Positions 62,168-64,000 of a stretch of DNA of 64,000 nucleotides are shown here, piece after piece (positions within the stretch are counted from its first letter, which is position 1; every line of letters starts with the position of its first letter). The notes below the pieces were generated by a model. The model did no database searches. It was not told the DNA's origin and saw only the letters and a program-made list of their open reading frames with translations. A program made the position numbers and the translations under genes. Source of the stretch: Bacilli bacterium (GTDB lineage: Bacteria; Bacillota_I; Bacilli_A; RF39; UBA660); NCBI GenBank assembly GCA_017397685.1, contig JAFQID010000029.1:1931-65930 (forward strand), written 5' to 3'.

Positions 62168-63236
62168 CAAAAGCATCATACATATTTTTATATTTAAAAG
62201 TCACTCTATTATCATGTGATTTTTTTTCTTTTATTAAATATCCAGCTTCAACTAACTTATTTAAAACTTTATTAACTGAATTAATATGTAATCCTGTATC
62301 AACAACAATATCATTAGTAGTAAAAACGACTCTTTTAATAATAATAGGATAAACCTTATAAATAGTACTTCCACCTATTACTTCTTTAAAAGCTTCATAA
62401 TCATTTTTATAAACTTTATTTAATTGTTTTATTTTCTTAATATTAAAAGAACATTGTTTTATAACACATTGTAAGAAAAACTTAATAAAATGTATAGGAA
62501 GAACCTCTTCATTAGCACTTAAAAGAGTAAAATAAGTATTTTTAAAATGTTCCATACTTTCAGAAAGAAACAAAATTGGAGGTTCATTCTTATAATAAGA
62601 AAGAATAACCGGAATTAATAAACGCCCAATCAAACCATTACCATTCAAATATGGATGTATCCTTTCAAATTGAAAATGAAATAAAGATAACGCTATGAAA
62701 CTTTCATCATTATTATCATTTAAATATTCACACAAATTTTTCATAAGAGAACTAATTTCGCCATATACAGGAGGAACAAAAGATACACTAGAACCCGCTA
62801 GGCCAGGCTTCAAAATATACGTTTGTGTCTTTCTAAAATGTCCACTTCCTTTAGTACCACTCTCTTTTTTACAACCTAGAAACACATTTTTATTAATACC
62901 ATTAAAAAGAGAAACATTAAAACCCTTTTGGTTACTATTAGCGATTGAAAACATAAAAGTTTTTTTCAAATTATTAAAAATAATACTATTATTATCTTTA
63001 ACTCTATACGGCATATTAAACATATCTTCTTTACTAATTTTTAAATTATCTATTTTACAAGAATAATAAATATCATTAATTAGTAAAGATTCAAGTAAAA
63101 ACTTATAATCAAAACTCATGTTTTTTAAAAACCCTTTATATTCCCCATACGCTTCTTTTGCTTCACATAGCAAATTAATAAGTTCAGTATTAAAATCATA
63201 ATCATGAGGTAATTTTTGTGCTTTAAAAGGTTCCAT
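62160..63236 (-). CDS. Fic/DOC-family protein with a C-terminal winged HTH
   Basis: Fic motif HPYLNGNGLIGRLL. ATG at 63236 follows RBS TAGGAG. Confidence 0.85.
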   Translation of the reverse strand: MEPFKAQKLPHDYDFNTELINLLCEAKEAYGEYKGFLKNMSFDYKFLLESLLINDIYYSCKIDNLKISKEDMFNMPYRVKDNNSIIFNNLKKTFMFSIANSNQKGFNVSLFNGINKNVFLGCKKESGTKGSGHFRKTQTYILKPGLAGSSVSFVPPVYGEISSLMKNLCEYLNDNNDESFIALSLFHFQFERIHPYLNGNGLIGRLLIPVILSYYKNEPPILFLSESMEHFKNTYFTLLSANEEVLPIHFIKFFLQCVIKQCSFNIKKIKQLNKVYKNDYEAFKEVIGGSTIYKVYPIIIKRVVFTTNDIVVDTGLHINSVNKVLNKLVEAGYLIKEKKSHDNRVTFKYKNMYDAFVN

Positions 63237-63352
63237 AGCTATCACTCCTATCAAATACATAATAACATACTTTTTAGAAAAAATATACATAATTTTATAA
63301 AATTATGTATACTAATTAAAAACAATCGTGATATAATTTAATTGGTGATTAC

Positions 63353-64000
63353 ATGAAAACATTAAAAAACTGTCTAATATATGTAATTAATTTCATAATA
63401 AGTACACTCATATATTTTTTAGAAGTCACACTATTAATAATATTTTCTATTAACTCAGTATTAAGTTATAGAACAATAAATACATTAGTGCAAAATATAG
63501 AAGTAAAAGAAATTATAAAAAATATAGATGATAATGATAACATATTAGATAATATATATAATGAATCAAAAAAAATAGGCATTTCAGAAAAAAGCATAGA
63601 CAATTTATTAGAATCAAAAGAAATAAAAAACATTTTAGCAAAATATATATCATCTAGCGCTAAATATATATTAAAAGAAAAAGGTAGTAAAGATATTTTT
63701 ATAGATGATATAATAAATGAATTAAAAATAAACTTTAAACAAATATTAAAAGAAAACAATGAAAATATCCTACCAAAAAATGAAGAAAAATTAAATAAAG
63801 TAATTGATAATATATCTAAAACATTAAAAGAAAATCTCCCTGAGATTAAAGATTCAGCAAACAATATAAATCCATTAACTTTAAAATACATTAGATTAAT
63901 ATTTAATATAAAAACCACTTTAATAATATTATTAACAATTATTGTGCTAACCACAATAATAGCATTACTAAAAAAATCATATTATGCTTGGACGCTAAAT
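63353..64000 (+). CDS. Membrane protein, 3'-truncated by the window edge
   Basis: ATG at 63353 follows GGTGAT and the frame is open to base 64000. The N-terminal TM helix is CLIYVINFIISTLIYFL. The minus-strand ORF 63466-63954 is its shadow. Confidence 0.55.
   Translation, partial: MKTLKNCLIYVINFIISTLIYFLEVTLLIIFSINSVLSYRTINTLVQNIEVKEIIKNIDDNDNILDNIYNESKKIGISEKSIDNLLESKEIKNILAKYISSSAKYILKEKGSKDIFIDDIINELKINFKQILKENNENILPKNEEKLNKVIDNISKTLKENLPEIKDSANNINPLTLKYIRLIFNIKTTLIILLTIIVLTTIIALLKKSYYAWTLN

Overview
This is a visibly AT-rich, standard-code (TGG Trp, TGA stop) Firmicutes-type chromosome segment, transcribed almost entirely on the minus strand. Recognisable core genes are secA, hpf, a cold-shock gene, agrBD with a convergent AgrC-like kinase and LytTR regulator, spoIID, rpiB, a P-type ATPase, htrA, rpsI-rplM, dusB, rpsF-ssb-rpsR, argS and typA. 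I saw no rRNA, tRNA or CRISPR array. The main signal is the 23 kb directly downstream of secA (about 4450-22981). The last 45 nt of secA (PCGSGKKYKQCCGK-stop) recur eight more times in the same orientation, and each copy has its own terminator. These copies cut the region into eight small islets of 1-4 co-oriented accessory genes. Each islet is bracketed internally by a matched pair of 11-12 bp tandem iterons, drawn from five sequence families. Two modular repeat elements (called T1 and T2 here) carry these iterons, palindromes and a hairpin that shows a compensatory change. A second, smaller array with the same architecture sits at the 3' end of rpsI (45.3-46.6 kb). No integrase or transposase is visible in either array. 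At the far end of the secA array lies a stand-alone reverse transcriptase preceded by a compact leader RNA whose 5' and 3' ends are clamped by a helix (247-1615). Other items worth a look: T-box-controlled serS and an N-terminally short thrS inside the array; a 27-aa AgrD-like peptide gene; a WYL/SIS/Ham1 plus membrane-protein islet; a roughly 365-nt promoter-to-terminator structured RNA at 57.1 kb; and a four-paralog HTH array next to a Fic gene. All coordinates and family calls come from hand inspection and motif recognition, not from searches.
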